In this document: positions 49,431 to 59,167 of the stretch, one piece after another | Layout: every line of letters begins with the position of its first letter | Position numbering within the stretch: the stretch's first letter is position 1 | NCBI GenBank assembly: GCA_024398615.1 | Contig: JAKSIU010000002.1 | Span: 10,036-74,035, forward strand | Source of the DNA: Bacteroidaceae bacterium | GTDB lineage: Bacteria; Bacteroidota; Bacteroidia; Bacteroidales; Bacteroidaceae | DNA length: 64,000 nucleotides | Direction: 5' to 3' | The notes under the pieces: generated by a model | What the model saw: only the letters and a program-made list of their open reading frames with translations | Told to the model about the DNA's origin: nothing | Database searches by the model: none | Translations under genes and position numbers: made by a program

Positions 49431-50474
49431 CTATTTTAGATTGTTGTTCTCGTTTTCAATCTGACAGCGGACGCTTTCCGCATGGATGGTTTCAAAAACC
49501 GAACGGATGAACTTTTCATCCATACCCTTGGTTGCCGCCTCACTGGCCACACTGTCTGAAACGCTCTGATAACGCTGCGGCTGCAATATGGCAAGGTTGT
49601 TGAGATGTTTGTAGGCTCCAATCCTTTTCACTATTTCCATTCTGCGTGCAAGTATTTCCACCAGTTGGGAATCAAGTTCGTCCAATTCGCTTCTCATAGG
49701 CGCAAGTTTTCTGGAATCGGACTCTTCAATATCTCTGTGTCTGCGAAGACTGGAAATCACTTGCTGGAACTGGGAGGGAGTAAACTGCTGCAGGCTGTCG
49801 CTTTTTGCCTGCTCGGGATTGGGATGAACCTCAATGAAAAGTCCGTCGGCATTCATGTCAAGTGCCATTTGGGCAATTGCACCGACATACTCGCGACGGC
49901 CGGCCATGTGACTGGGGTCACAGAGAATGGGCAGGGATGGCATTCTCCTGCGCAGTTCAATAGGTATCTCCCATTGTGGGGCATATCGCAGCAGGTTTTC
50001 CTGGGTACTGCTGAATCCGCGGTGGATTGCTCTGATATTTTCGATTCCAGCCTGTTGCAGACGCTCAATGGCTCCGGTCCACAGGTCGACATCGGGGTTG
50101 ATTGGGTTCTTGATCATCACAGGAACACCGGTCCCTTTCAGCGAGTCTGCAATCTCTTGAACCGCAAATGGACTGGTGGTGGTCCTGGAACCTATCCAGA
50201 GTATGTCAATATCGGCTTCCAGAGCTGCCTGAACGTGTGCTGCGCTGGCAACTTCCACGGCCAGTTTCATACCGGTAGCCTGTTTGGCCGCTTTGAGCCA
50301 TTCCAAAGCCGGCAATCCTGCACCTTCGAACGAATTGGGGCGTGTGCGCGGCTTCCAGACTCCGGCACGAAGTGTTCCGATGCCCTGTGCTGCAAGACTG
50401 ACGGCACATTCCATTACCTGTTCCGGTGATTCGGCGCTGCATGGGCCTGCTATTATGTCAAACTGTTTCTTCAT
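49431..50474 (-). CDS. Bifunctional 3-deoxy-7-phosphoheptulonate synthase / chorismate mutase type II
   Basis: The N-terminal part is a KDO8P/DAHP-synthase-like TIM barrel (IIAGPCSAES, CDPSH). The C-terminal part is a CM_2 helix bundle (MRSELDELDSQLVEILARRMEIVKRIGAYK). Confidence 0.8.
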   Translation of the reverse strand: MKKQFDIIAGPCSAESPEQVMECAVSLAAQGIGTLRAGVWKPRTRPNSFEGAGLPALEWLKAAKQATGMKLAVEVASAAHVQAALEADIDILWIGSRTTTSPFAVQEIADSLKGTGVPVMIKNPINPDVDLWTGAIERLQQAGIENIRAIHRGFSSTQENLLRYAPQWEIPIELRRRMPSLPILCDPSHMAGRREYVGAIAQMALDMNADGLFIEVHPNPEQAKSDSLQQFTPSQFQQVISSLRRHRDIEESDSRKLAPMRSELDELDSQLVEILARRMEIVKRIGAYKHLNNLAILQPQRYQSVSDSVASEAATKGMDEKFIRSVFETIHAESVRCQIENENNNLK

Positions 50475-52363
50475 CTGATAGGAATGATTCTGCCTTTGTT
50501 CATGGCGATGAGACCCTCCTGCGCCAGATATGACAGAACCGAGTCGATTTTCTGCCTGTCATGGGGCAGTGAATAAATAATGTCGGGCTTTTCAGGATTA
50601 TTCTTGAGATTGTCCATGATGCTTTGTGCAATTGATTGCTGTTCGCCGGCACTCATGCCTGACGCCGTCTTCTCGCAGCACAGATCACAGTGCATGCACG
50701 GCTTTTTCTGCTTTTCACCGAAATATTCCAGCAGCATGGCGCTGCGGCAACCTGTTTCACGGGTAGCGTATTGTACTATGGCTCCAATCCTTTCCTCGAA
50801 TTCGTTCATCCTGAGACGATACACCTCGGGGTCGAAGTGCAGCATGTGGGCTTCGACTCTTGCGCGGCTCCAAATGATAACGGGAGTCTTGCGCTCGGGA
50901 ACATATCTGACGACTCCTTGAGACTGAAGGCTGCAGAGCAGATCATAGAGACGGTGACGGTCGATGCCGGTTCTCGAGCAGATGAGCTGTTCGTCTATGA
51001 AGGCATAATCTGTAAAAATGCCGCTGTACAGCCTCAGTATTACGCTCATGACATTTTCCGTTGTGCTGTCCTGATGCAGACGGTACAGATCATCACGACC
51101 GGCAGTGAACAGAAGCTTTGCGGAATATTCCATTTCATCGGTGTATTCCAGATAGCCCATGCGTGTGAGAATGCGCAGCGCACTGTCGGTCTGGATTACG
51201 GGGAGCGAGAAATGATGGCAGAATTCTCCCAGTGAAAAGGCAAAATTGCATCCCTGACCGTCTCCGACAGCCATTTCGTGCCAGTATGCCATTTTCTCAT
51301 AGACTTTCCTGATGAAGTCCTCTTTGGGGAAGTTGTCACTGAGCCGGCGGTTGGCAAGACGTTTGTCTCCAGGCGAAACAAGAAGAACTGCGTATGAACG
51401 CTGACCGTCACGACCGGCCCGGCCGGCTTCCTGATAGTAGGCTTCGATGGAATTCGGCATTTCCATGTGGATTACAAGCCTGACATCCGGCTTGTCAATG
51501 CCCATTCCGAAGGCATTTGTGGCAGCTATGATACGGTCCTTGCCTGCCGTCCATGATTTCTGCCTTTCGTCTTTGACAATAGGGTCCAGACCTGCGTGAT
51601 AGTATGTGCAGGAAATGCCGTTCGCATTCAGAAAATCCGATATTTCCTTTGTAGCCATCCGGCTGCGGACATAGACTATTCCGCTTCCTTGAACGCTTTC
51701 GAGAATGTGCTTGAGTTCCATGAACTTGTTCTCGGTGTGTCTGACCACGTATGAAAGGTTCTCACGGTAGAAACTCATGCGGATGACGTTCTTTTCCCTG
51801 AAGCCGAGCCTGTCCTGGATATCATCGGCCACCCGCGGTGTCGCTGTGGCTGTCAGGGCCAGAACGGGAACACCCGGCAACATTTTCCTGATATCGGCAA
51901 TTTTCAGATATGAAGGTCGGAAATCATATCCCCACTGGGAAATGCAATGCGCTTCGTCAATTGTGAGCAGGCATATTTTCAGGTGTCCCAACTTTTTTTG
52001 GAACAGGTCCGATTCAAGTCTTTCGGGCGAAACGTACAGGAATTTGTAACCGCCGAATATGCAGTTTTCCATAACCGCCACAATTTCTTCACGGCTCATT
52101 CCCGTGTGTATGGCGGCGGCCTTTATGCCGCGTTCGCGCAGAATTCTGACCTGGTCCTTCATGAGTGCAATCAGAGGTGTGATGACAAGGCATGTGCCTT
52201 CCATTGCCAGAGCCGGAACCTGGAAAGTGATGCTCTTTCCGCCTCCGGTAGGCATGAGCCCGAGTGTGTCGCGGCCCATTCCTATGCTTTCAATGATTTC
52301 CTGCTGGACACCACGAAAACAGTCATAGCCCCAGTATTGCTTCAGTATTTCAAGGTAGGACAT
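50471..52363 (-). CDS. recQ: ATP-dependent DNA helicase RecQ
   Basis: FRGVQQEII, MPTGGGKS, DEAHCISQWGYDFRP, the zinc-binding CxxC region and a C-terminal HRDC-like region. Confidence 0.92.
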   Translation of the reverse strand: MSYLEILKQYWGYDCFRGVQQEIIESIGMGRDTLGLMPTGGGKSITFQVPALAMEGTCLVITPLIALMKDQVRILRERGIKAAAIHTGMSREEIVAVMENCIFGGYKFLYVSPERLESDLFQKKLGHLKICLLTIDEAHCISQWGYDFRPSYLKIADIRKMLPGVPVLALTATATPRVADDIQDRLGFREKNVIRMSFYRENLSYVVRHTENKFMELKHILESVQGSGIVYVRSRMATKEISDFLNANGISCTYYHAGLDPIVKDERQKSWTAGKDRIIAATNAFGMGIDKPDVRLVIHMEMPNSIEAYYQEAGRAGRDGQRSYAVLLVSPGDKRLANRRLSDNFPKEDFIRKVYEKMAYWHEMAVGDGQGCNFAFSLGEFCHHFSLPVIQTDSALRILTRMGYLEYTDEMEYSAKLLFTAGRDDLYRLHQDSTTENVMSVILRLYSGIFTDYAFIDEQLICSRTGIDRHRLYDLLCSLQSQGVVRYVPERKTPVIIWSRARVEAHMLHFDPEVYRLRMNEFEERIGAIVQYATRETGCRSAMLLEYFGEKQKKPCMHCDLCCEKTASGMSAGEQQSIAQSIMDNLKNNPEKPDIIYSLPHDRQKIDSVLSYLAQEGLIAMNKGRIIPIR

Positions 52364-54114
52364 TATCCCTTAGCAGTTGTGTCTTTTCCCGGTTCAGGTT
52401 GGTTCGGTTTGATACTTTCAATCTGAAGCAGCACGTCTCCATGACGGAAATTGTTCTCTTCAATGCTGTAGCAGATGTCAAATGACCGTTTTGTCTTGAT
52501 GTATGTCACGAATTCGCTCTGTCCGAATGCAATTCCATTCAGCGGGTGGCCGCTCTTGCTGTCAATCAGCTCAAGCTTTATGTGCTCGTGGCCGCGACCG
52601 ACGACCTTACTAGTGCCGTAGTCATAGACATTGCGGGTGCGGAATATCGGTTTGTGGTTGTCCGGACCGAATGGTTGGAATCTCTTCAGGTCACGGAAGA
52701 ATTTCGGTGTTATGTCCTTGAAATCCAGGTCGCTGTCTATGTCCAGTGAAGCTTCCGTCTGGTCAGGCTCGATGTGATTGGATACGTATTCCTCAAACCG
52801 CTGCTTGAATTCATCAACATTCTCGACTTTGAGAGTGAGTCCCGCAGCATATGTGTGACCTCCGAAATTTTCCAGCAGGTCCTTGCAGCTTTCTATGGCC
52901 TTGTAAACATCGAATCCGGAAACGGAACGTGCTGAGCCTGTAGCCACATTCCCGGTACGGGTCAGTACCACCGCCGGCTTGTAAAATACCTCAGTGAGTC
53001 GGGATGCTACTATGCCGATTACTCCACGTTTCCAGTTCTCGTTGTAAAGGACAATGGCGTGACGGTTCTCTCCGTCCTCAAGACTGTTGACAATCTCGCC
53101 GGCTTCTTCGGTCATTTCCTTGTCGTCCTTCTTTCGGTCATCGTTCTCCTGGTCAATGCGTTCTGCCAGTTCTATGGCATGATTGAAATCCTTCTCAACA
53201 AGCAGATCAACGGCTTTCTTTCCGCTGCTCATTCTTCCAGCGGCATTCAAGCGTGGACCTATCTTGAAGATTATATCGTTGATGGACAGATTCTTGTCAT
53301 CAAGCTTACAGACATGGATGATGGCCTTCAGACCAGTGCAGGGATTGCTGTTGAGCTGTTCCAGACCGAAATGGGTAAGTACCCTGTTCTCGCCCATGAT
53401 GGGTACTATATCCGATGCTGTGCTGACTGCAACCAGATCAAGGCTCGGAAGCAGTTCACTGAACGGTATTCCGTTATCCAGGGCAAATGCCTGCATGAGC
53501 TTGAATCCTACGCCGCAACCGGACAGGTGCTTGAACGGGTAGGTTGAGTCGAAACGCTTGGCGTTGAGTATGGCAACTGCAGGCGGAAGCTGGTCGTCAG
53601 GCACATGATGGTCACAGACAATGAAGTCAATGCCCTTTTCCTTGGCATAGGCAATCTCTTCAATGGCTTTGATGCCACAGTCAAGTACAATGACAAGTTT
53701 GACTCCTGTTTCGAATGCGTAGTCGACACCCTTGTGCGACACTCCGTATCCTTCATTGTAACGGTCCGGAATGTAATAGTCAAGATTGTCGTAGCTGCGA
53801 CTTAAGAAGTTGTAAACCAGCGCAACGGCAGTAGTGCCGTCAACGTCATAGTCTCCGTAGACCAGAATCCTCTCGCCACGCTCTATGGCAAGCCCTATGC
53901 GCTCAACAGCCTTGTCCATGTCTTCCATAAGCCATGGATCAAGCAACTCGTTCAGCTGCGGGTTGAAGAATTTCTGGGCGGATGCTTTGTCGGTGATGCC
54001 TCTTTCTATCAGGAGTTTACACAGGATAGGGCTTATCCCAATCGCTTTTGAAAGCTCCTGGGCTGCCTGTACCTGCTCCTGGGTGGGGGGCACACAGTTC
54101 CATTTGAAATTCAT
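52363..54114 (-). CDS. recJ: Single-stranded-DNA-specific exonuclease RecJ
   Basis: DHH motifs (YGDYDVDGTT, VLDCG, CDHH), DHHA1 (GGHTYAAG) and a C-terminal OB-like domain. Confidence 0.92.
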   Translation of the reverse strand: MNFKWNCVPPTQEQVQAAQELSKAIGISPILCKLLIERGITDKASAQKFFNPQLNELLDPWLMEDMDKAVERIGLAIERGERILVYGDYDVDGTTAVALVYNFLSRSYDNLDYYIPDRYNEGYGVSHKGVDYAFETGVKLVIVLDCGIKAIEEIAYAKEKGIDFIVCDHHVPDDQLPPAVAILNAKRFDSTYPFKHLSGCGVGFKLMQAFALDNGIPFSELLPSLDLVAVSTASDIVPIMGENRVLTHFGLEQLNSNPCTGLKAIIHVCKLDDKNLSINDIIFKIGPRLNAAGRMSSGKKAVDLLVEKDFNHAIELAERIDQENDDRKKDDKEMTEEAGEIVNSLEDGENRHAIVLYNENWKRGVIGIVASRLTEVFYKPAVVLTRTGNVATGSARSVSGFDVYKAIESCKDLLENFGGHTYAAGLTLKVENVDEFKQRFEEYVSNHIEPDQTEASLDIDSDLDFKDITPKFFRDLKRFQPFGPDNHKPIFRTRNVYDYGTSKVVGRGHEHIKLELIDSKSGHPLNGIAFGQSEFVTYIKTKRSFDICYSIEENNFRHGDVLLQIESIKPNQPEPGKDTTAKG

Positions 54115-54183
54115 TTTGTATGTTGTTTATTATTTTTTCCATTGTTTCAAATGAGTATAAGGTTACCCAATTTATCTGACTTG

Positions 54184-54191
54184 CAAATATA
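54184..54191 (-). promoter_or_regulatory. Candidate -7 promoter box for the recJ operon
   Basis: The reverse complement reads tatatttg (TAnnTTTG), about 70 nt upstream of the recJ ATG. Confidence 0.35.
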
Positions 54192-54247
54192 TGTAATTGC
54201 AATTAAAAGGTCAACACATGTGCGCGTATTTATTATAAAATATTTTC

Positions 54248-54255
54248 TACTTTTG
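54248..54255 (+). promoter_or_regulatory. Candidate -7 promoter box for the 54264 gene
   Basis: tacttttg (TAnnTTTG) ends 8 nt before the ATG at 54264. Confidence 0.4.
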
Positions 54256-54263
54256 CCATTCCT

Positions 54264-55388
54264 ATGATTAAACGCAGCGATTTTAACAATTTCAGTATAG
54301 TCCGAGCAACTGGCACGGATACGTTTTCATGTACTTTCTGTCCTGATTCAACAGACGACTCTGAAAGCATGTCCGTGGTCATTCCGACGGATGGAGGAGA
54401 ACCGTTCAGTGTTCAGCTGGATAGTGTGATTTCGGCGGTGAAAAGGGCAAAAACTGAATTGGGCGACATTGTTTTTGCCAGGATTTTCCTGAGTGACCCG
54501 GCAAATCAGGAAGACATGACAAGAACCCGTTTCGACTTCTGCCATCCAGTGTCCATAATAGGGCAGTCTCCGTTGCCCGGATTCAAGATAGCCGTATGGA
54601 TATGGACCCGTAAGAATATTGCCGTTTCCGTGGAGTCTGACAATATGTATCATGTTGCCATGGGTGATCATGATGAATATTGGGCGGTGACGTGTGGCTG
54701 CAGTGACGGTTCGTCAATGGATCAGACGGACTGTATTCTTGAAGCTTTCCGCCATGAACTTGATGGTCATTCTCTGACTTTTCAGGACCATTGTCTGAGA
54801 ACCTGGTTCTTTGCCCGCGATATAGATAACAGCTATGCCGGTCTTGTTGTGGGACGGAACCGGATGTTTGATCGGGTCGGCCTTACTCATGACAGCCATT
54901 TCATTGCCAGCACTGGAATTGCCGGTATTGCTCCCGATCCGAAAACACTCGTCAGAATGGATGCTTTTGCGTCCCGCGGCTTTAAGGACTTGAGGTATCT
55001 GTATGCTGAGGACAAGATGAACAGGACTTCGCAGTATAATGTCCGTTTCGAGCGCGGTACTGCAGTCGACTACAGTGACAGACGACATGTTTTCATTTCG
55101 GGTACTGCAAGCATTGATGCCAAGGGAAATGTGGTGCATGTGGGCGATGTGAAACGTCAGGTGGAACGCATGCTGGAGAATGTTGAGGCTCTGCTTTCTG
55201 AAGGCGGGTGTTCTTTCGGAAATGTCATGATTATGCTGGTCTATCTTCGTGACATTGCCGATTATGCAACGGTAAATGAAATTTTCAAGGCGCGTTTCCC
55301 TGAAACCCCGTGTCTTGTCCTGCATGCGGCCGTATGCCGCCCGACATGGCTGGTCGAAATGGAATGTATTGCTATAAGGGAACTATGA
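54264..55388 (+). CDS. Rid (YjgF/UK114)-domain protein with a two-domain FkbO/Hyg5-chorismatase-like architecture
   Basis: The C-terminal ~130 aa is FISGTASIDAKGNVVHVGDVKRQVERMLENVEALL...VYLRDIADYATVN...EMECIA, a RidA-type fold. The N-terminal half is more divergent. Confidence 0.5.
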   Translation: MIKRSDFNNFSIVRATGTDTFSCTFCPDSTDDSESMSVVIPTDGGEPFSVQLDSVISAVKRAKTELGDIVFARIFLSDPANQEDMTRTRFDFCHPVSIIGQSPLPGFKIAVWIWTRKNIAVSVESDNMYHVAMGDHDEYWAVTCGCSDGSSMDQTDCILEAFRHELDGHSLTFQDHCLRTWFFARDIDNSYAGLVVGRNRMFDRVGLTHDSHFIASTGIAGIAPDPKTLVRMDAFASRGFKDLRYLYAEDKMNRTSQYNVRFERGTAVDYSDRRHVFISGTASIDAKGNVVHVGDVKRQVERMLENVEALLSEGGCSFGNVMIMLVYLRDIADYATVNEIFKARFPETPCLVLHAAVCRPTWLVEMECIAIREL

Positions 55389-56419
55389 CAACAACAAACG
55401 CTGCGTCGGTCCTGCTTATATATACAGGAGGTACTATCGGTATGCAGGAGGATTGTAACGGTGCTCTGAAACCGTTTGATTTTGACAGTCTTCTGCAGAA
55501 TGTACCTGAACTTGGGAAGTTCGCCGGCAGGATTGACCATCATACTTTTGAACCTCTGATAGACTCATCGGATATAGAACCTTCAATTTGGGTGAATCTT
55601 GCTGAAATCATACGGGAAAAGTACGATGAATACGATGGTTTTGTGATTCTCCATGGAACTGATACCATGGCATATTCGGCATCGGCCCTTAGCTTTATGC
55701 TTGAAAATCTCGGGAAACCCGTCATATTTACCGGCAGCCAGCTTCCGATAGGTCGCCCACGTACTGATGGTCGTGAGAACCTGATATCGTCTGTCGAGAT
55801 TGCTTCGGCGAAGAAACCGGATGGCAGGGCCCGTGTTCCTGAGGTCTGCATCTGTTTTGATTCTCACCTGCTGCGTGGAAACAGGTGCATCAAGTCTGAT
55901 GCCGGAACCTTCAATGCATTCTCGTCGCCTAATTACCCGAGTCTGGCAGAGGCTGGCATAAGTATCGTCTACAATGATCTGCTTGTTCGCAGAACTGAAA
56001 ATGCTCCTTTTGCAATCAATACATCTCTCGATACCCGCGTCTCGATTCTCAAGCTTCATCCGGGCATTACACCCCAGGTGGTCCGTGATATCATGTTGGG
56101 CAGTGATACCCGTGCCGTCATTATAGAAACGTACGGGTCAGGCAATGCAATGTCGAAAGAGTGGTTCAATGCAATTATACGTCAGTCGGCGGCCATGGGA
56201 AAAATACTTGTCAATGTCACCCAGTGCGCGGCCGGCTTTGTGGATATGGCTATCTATGCCAACGGTCGTGGACTGGGACAGGCCGGTGTCATATCCGGTC
56301 ATGACATGACGACCGAGGCTGCTTTGGGCAAGCTCTTTTTCCTGATGGGACAGACCGATGACAACGAGCTCGTCAAAAGACAGCTTGAACTTGATATGCG
56401 TGGGGAACTGACTTTGTGA
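55385..56419 (+). CDS. ansA: Type I (cytoplasmic) L-asparaginase
   Basis: LLIYTGGTIGM and HGTDTMAYSASAL catalytic motifs. The start at 55385 overlaps the upstream stop (ATGA). Confidence 0.88.
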   Translation: MTTTNAASVLLIYTGGTIGMQEDCNGALKPFDFDSLLQNVPELGKFAGRIDHHTFEPLIDSSDIEPSIWVNLAEIIREKYDEYDGFVILHGTDTMAYSASALSFMLENLGKPVIFTGSQLPIGRPRTDGRENLISSVEIASAKKPDGRARVPEVCICFDSHLLRGNRCIKSDAGTFNAFSSPNYPSLAEAGISIVYNDLLVRRTENAPFAINTSLDTRVSILKLHPGITPQVVRDIMLGSDTRAVIIETYGSGNAMSKEWFNAIIRQSAAMGKILVNVTQCAAGFVDMAIYANGRGLGQAGVISGHDMTTEAALGKLFFLMGQTDDNELVKRQLELDMRGELTL

Positions 56420-57460
56420 TCAGGGTCTCAACGGGTTGTCATCGGACTTGAACCATTCGATGAAATGGGCGATTCCGTCGTGCAGGGATGTGGTGGGGCG
56501 GTATCCGCATTCTTTTTCCAGCTTGGATGTGTCTGCGTAGGTTCGGGTTACATCGCCCGGCTGCATTGGCAGGAATTCCTTTCTGGCCTCGATTCCGATG
56601 GCCTGTTCCATTTCACTGATGAAATCCATGAGGCCTACGGGGTTCGAGCAACCTATGTTATATACCTTATATGGTATCTTGTCGGGACAGTTGTCCGCTT
56701 CGGGCGTATGGTCGAGCGCCTGGATGGTTCCTTCTACGATGTCGTCAATGTAGGTGAAATCGCGGCTGAGATTGCCGTTGTTGAAGACTTTGATGGGTTC
56801 TCCGCGGCTTATGGCTGTAGCGAAGAGCATGGGCGCCATATCCGGACGGCCCCAAGGACCGTAGACGGTGAAGAATCTCAGCCCGGTCGTGGGCAGCCCG
56901 AACAGCTTGCTGTAGGAATGTGCCATCAGTTCGTTGGCTTTCTTGGTTGCTGCATAAAGGCTGACGGGGTTGTCGACGCGGTCGTCCTCGCTGAACGGGA
57001 CTTTCGCGTTCATGCCGTAAACCGAAGACGACGATGCGTATACAAGATGCCTGACTTTGCTCTGCCGGCAGTTCTCCAGGATGTTCATGAAGCCGACAAG
57101 GTTGCTGTCGACATATGCGTAAGGGTTTGTGATGGAGTAACGGACCCCCGCCTGGGCGGCAAGGTTGACGACAGCGTCAAAGCCGTTGAGCTGGAACAGC
57201 TGGGCTATCTGTCCGCGGTCTGCCAGATCCATTTTCATGAAACTCAGGTTGGGAAACAGGGAACTTTGCCTGGTTGATGAGTCAATGAACCGGCCGCTGG
57301 TGGATTCGATTCCCATCTTCTTCAGTCTGCCAAGTTTTAACCGTACGTCATAATAGTCGTTTATGTTGTCAAGACCTATGACCTCATCGCCGCGCTCTGC
57401 GAGGCGGAAAGCCAGCTTGGAACCAATGAAGCCGGCAGCTCCAGTAACCAATATCTTCAT
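56420..57460 (-). CDS. NAD-dependent epimerase/dehydratase (UDP-glucuronate 4-epimerase-like SDR)
   Basis: MKILVTGAAGFIGS Rossmann motif and YAATKKANE catalytic YxxxK. The stop codon abuts the ansA stop with no spacer. Confidence 0.8.
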   Translation of the reverse strand: MKILVTGAAGFIGSKLAFRLAERGDEVIGLDNINDYYDVRLKLGRLKKMGIESTSGRFIDSSTRQSSLFPNLSFMKMDLADRGQIAQLFQLNGFDAVVNLAAQAGVRYSITNPYAYVDSNLVGFMNILENCRQSKVRHLVYASSSSVYGMNAKVPFSEDDRVDNPVSLYAATKKANELMAHSYSKLFGLPTTGLRFFTVYGPWGRPDMAPMLFATAISRGEPIKVFNNGNLSRDFTYIDDIVEGTIQALDHTPEADNCPDKIPYKVYNIGCSNPVGLMDFISEMEQAIGIEARKEFLPMQPGDVTRTYADTSKLEKECGYRPTTSLHDGIAHFIEWFKSDDNPLRP

Positions 57461-57577
57461 TTTGTCGGTGGATCAATAAATGTGGTGCAAAAATACAATA
57501 AAAATGCAATCTTTTTGTATATTATTCATTTAAACTGAATATTTCGTGGTAATTTTGCAAAAATATTTGTGAAATTG

Positions 57578-57608
57578 TTTGTTTGAACACTGACAAATAG
57601 TAACTTTG
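57578..57608 (+). promoter_or_regulatory. Candidate gdhA promoter (-33 TTTG and -7 TAnnTTTG)
   Basis: TTTG at 57578-57581, a 19-nt spacer, then taactttg at 57601-57608, about 75 nt upstream of the gdhA ATG. A second box, taattttg, lies at 57550-57557. Confidence 0.5.
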
Positions 57609-57682
57609 CAAGCGATTTTGATAGCATAATATCACGATTCGCTATTTGTTTTGAAAATGTTTAATTGATTTCAGAATAGATT

Positions 57683-59038
57683 ATGGACAAAATGACACAG
57701 AATTGGGTTGACGGTTTTATGGCCGAACTCATTGCAAAGAATCCGGGTGAGAAGGAATTCCACCAGGCAGTTCGTGAGGTTGTTGAAAGTGTAGCACCTT
57801 ATATCATGCAGAATCCGCATCTTCTTGACCAGAAGATAATGGAACGCATTGTTGAACCCGAAAGAGTCATCATGTTCCGTGTTCCATGGATGGACGATAA
57901 AGGCGAAATACATGTGAACCGCGGTTTCCGTGTCCAGATGAACAGTGCCATAGGTCCGTATAAAGGCGGTGTCCGCTTCCATTCAAGCGTAAACCTGAGC
58001 ATCATGAAGTTCCTTGCTTTCGAGCAGACTTTCAAGAACAGCCTTACCACACTTCCGATGGGTGGTGCAAAGGGTGGTTCAGACTTCTCTCCGCGTGGAA
58101 AGTCCGATGCTGAAGTAATGCGTTTCTGCCAGAGTTTCATGAACGAACTGTATCGTCATATAGGTCCTGACACTGATGTTCCTGCCGGTGACATAGGCGT
58201 GGGCGGCCGTGAGGTCGGTTTCATGTTCGGCCAGTACAAGAAACTCCAGAACGAATGGACCGGAACCTATACCGGTAAGGGCCAGGGATGGGGCGGCAGC
58301 CTGCTGCGTCCTGAGGCAACCGGTTACGGAGCATGCTATTTCGCACAGGATATGCTTGCAACCCGCGGCGAGACCTTTGAAGGCAAGACTGTAGTCATTT
58401 CAGGTTCTGGAAATGTGGCACAGCACGCAGCTGAAAAGGCAATGCGTCTGGGTGCAAAGGTAGTTACCCTTTCAGACAGCAATGGCTTCATATATGATCC
58501 CGATGGCTTCACGGAAGAGAAGATCGCTTACGTCAAGAAGCTCAAGAATGTCATCCGTGGCCGTATCAAGGAATATGTAAAGCAGTATCCGAACGCACAG
58601 TATACTGAGGGTGAACGTCCATGGGGCATCAAGTGCGACATTGCCATGCCTTGCGCTACACAGAACGAAATCGAACTCAAGGATGCTGAAAAGCTTATGG
58701 CCAATGGCTGCTGGTGTGTAACCGAAGGTGCCAACATGCCTACCACTCCCGATGCCATTGCACTCTTCCAGAGCAAGAAGATTCTTTACTCACCGGGTAA
58801 GGCATCGAATGCCGGTGGCGTTTCAACATCAGGTCTGGAGATGTCACAGAACTCAATGCGTCTCAAATGGACAGCCGAAGAGGTTGACGAGAAGCTTCAC
58901 CGTATCATGTCGGATATCCATGCTGCATGTGTCAAGTACGGCACAGAGGAAGACGGATACATCAATTACGTCAAGGGTGCCAACATTGCCGGCTTCATGA
59001 AGGTAGCCAATGCCATGTGCGATCAGGGGCTTGTCTGA
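57683..59038 (+). CDS. gdhA: NADP-specific glutamate dehydrogenase
   Basis: 451 aa with PYKGGVRFH, LPMGGAKGGSDF and GSGNVAQ motifs. Confidence 0.92.
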   Translation: MDKMTQNWVDGFMAELIAKNPGEKEFHQAVREVVESVAPYIMQNPHLLDQKIMERIVEPERVIMFRVPWMDDKGEIHVNRGFRVQMNSAIGPYKGGVRFHSSVNLSIMKFLAFEQTFKNSLTTLPMGGAKGGSDFSPRGKSDAEVMRFCQSFMNELYRHIGPDTDVPAGDIGVGGREVGFMFGQYKKLQNEWTGTYTGKGQGWGGSLLRPEATGYGACYFAQDMLATRGETFEGKTVVISGSGNVAQHAAEKAMRLGAKVVTLSDSNGFIYDPDGFTEEKIAYVKKLKNVIRGRIKEYVKQYPNAQYTEGERPWGIKCDIAMPCATQNEIELKDAEKLMANGCWCVTEGANMPTTPDAIALFQSKKILYSPGKASNAGGVSTSGLEMSQNSMRLKWTAEEVDEKLHRIMSDIHAACVKYGTEEDGYINYVKGANIAGFMKVANAMCDQGLV

Positions 59039-59084
59039 TTTAAAAGAGGAATATCCTTGAAATAACAAGATAAAATTGCGAAAT

Positions 59085-59140
59085 TTGCCGCTCTCCTGCT
59101 GGCCATGAAGAATAACCGTCGGGAGAGCGGCAATTTTTAT
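59085..59140 (+). terminator. Rho-independent terminator after gdhA
   Basis: Stem ttgccgctctcc (59085-59096) pairs with ggagagcggcaa (59122-59133), followed by ttttt. Confidence 0.6.
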
Positions 59141-59167
59141 TGTCCTAAACGAACCCAAGCACTGACA

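Noticed and set aside
56417-56422. Convergent ansA and epimerase genes whose stop codons abut with zero spacer.
   Set aside because: This is an unusual lack of terminator space but is probably just compact genome organisation, with nothing further to test from sequence alone.
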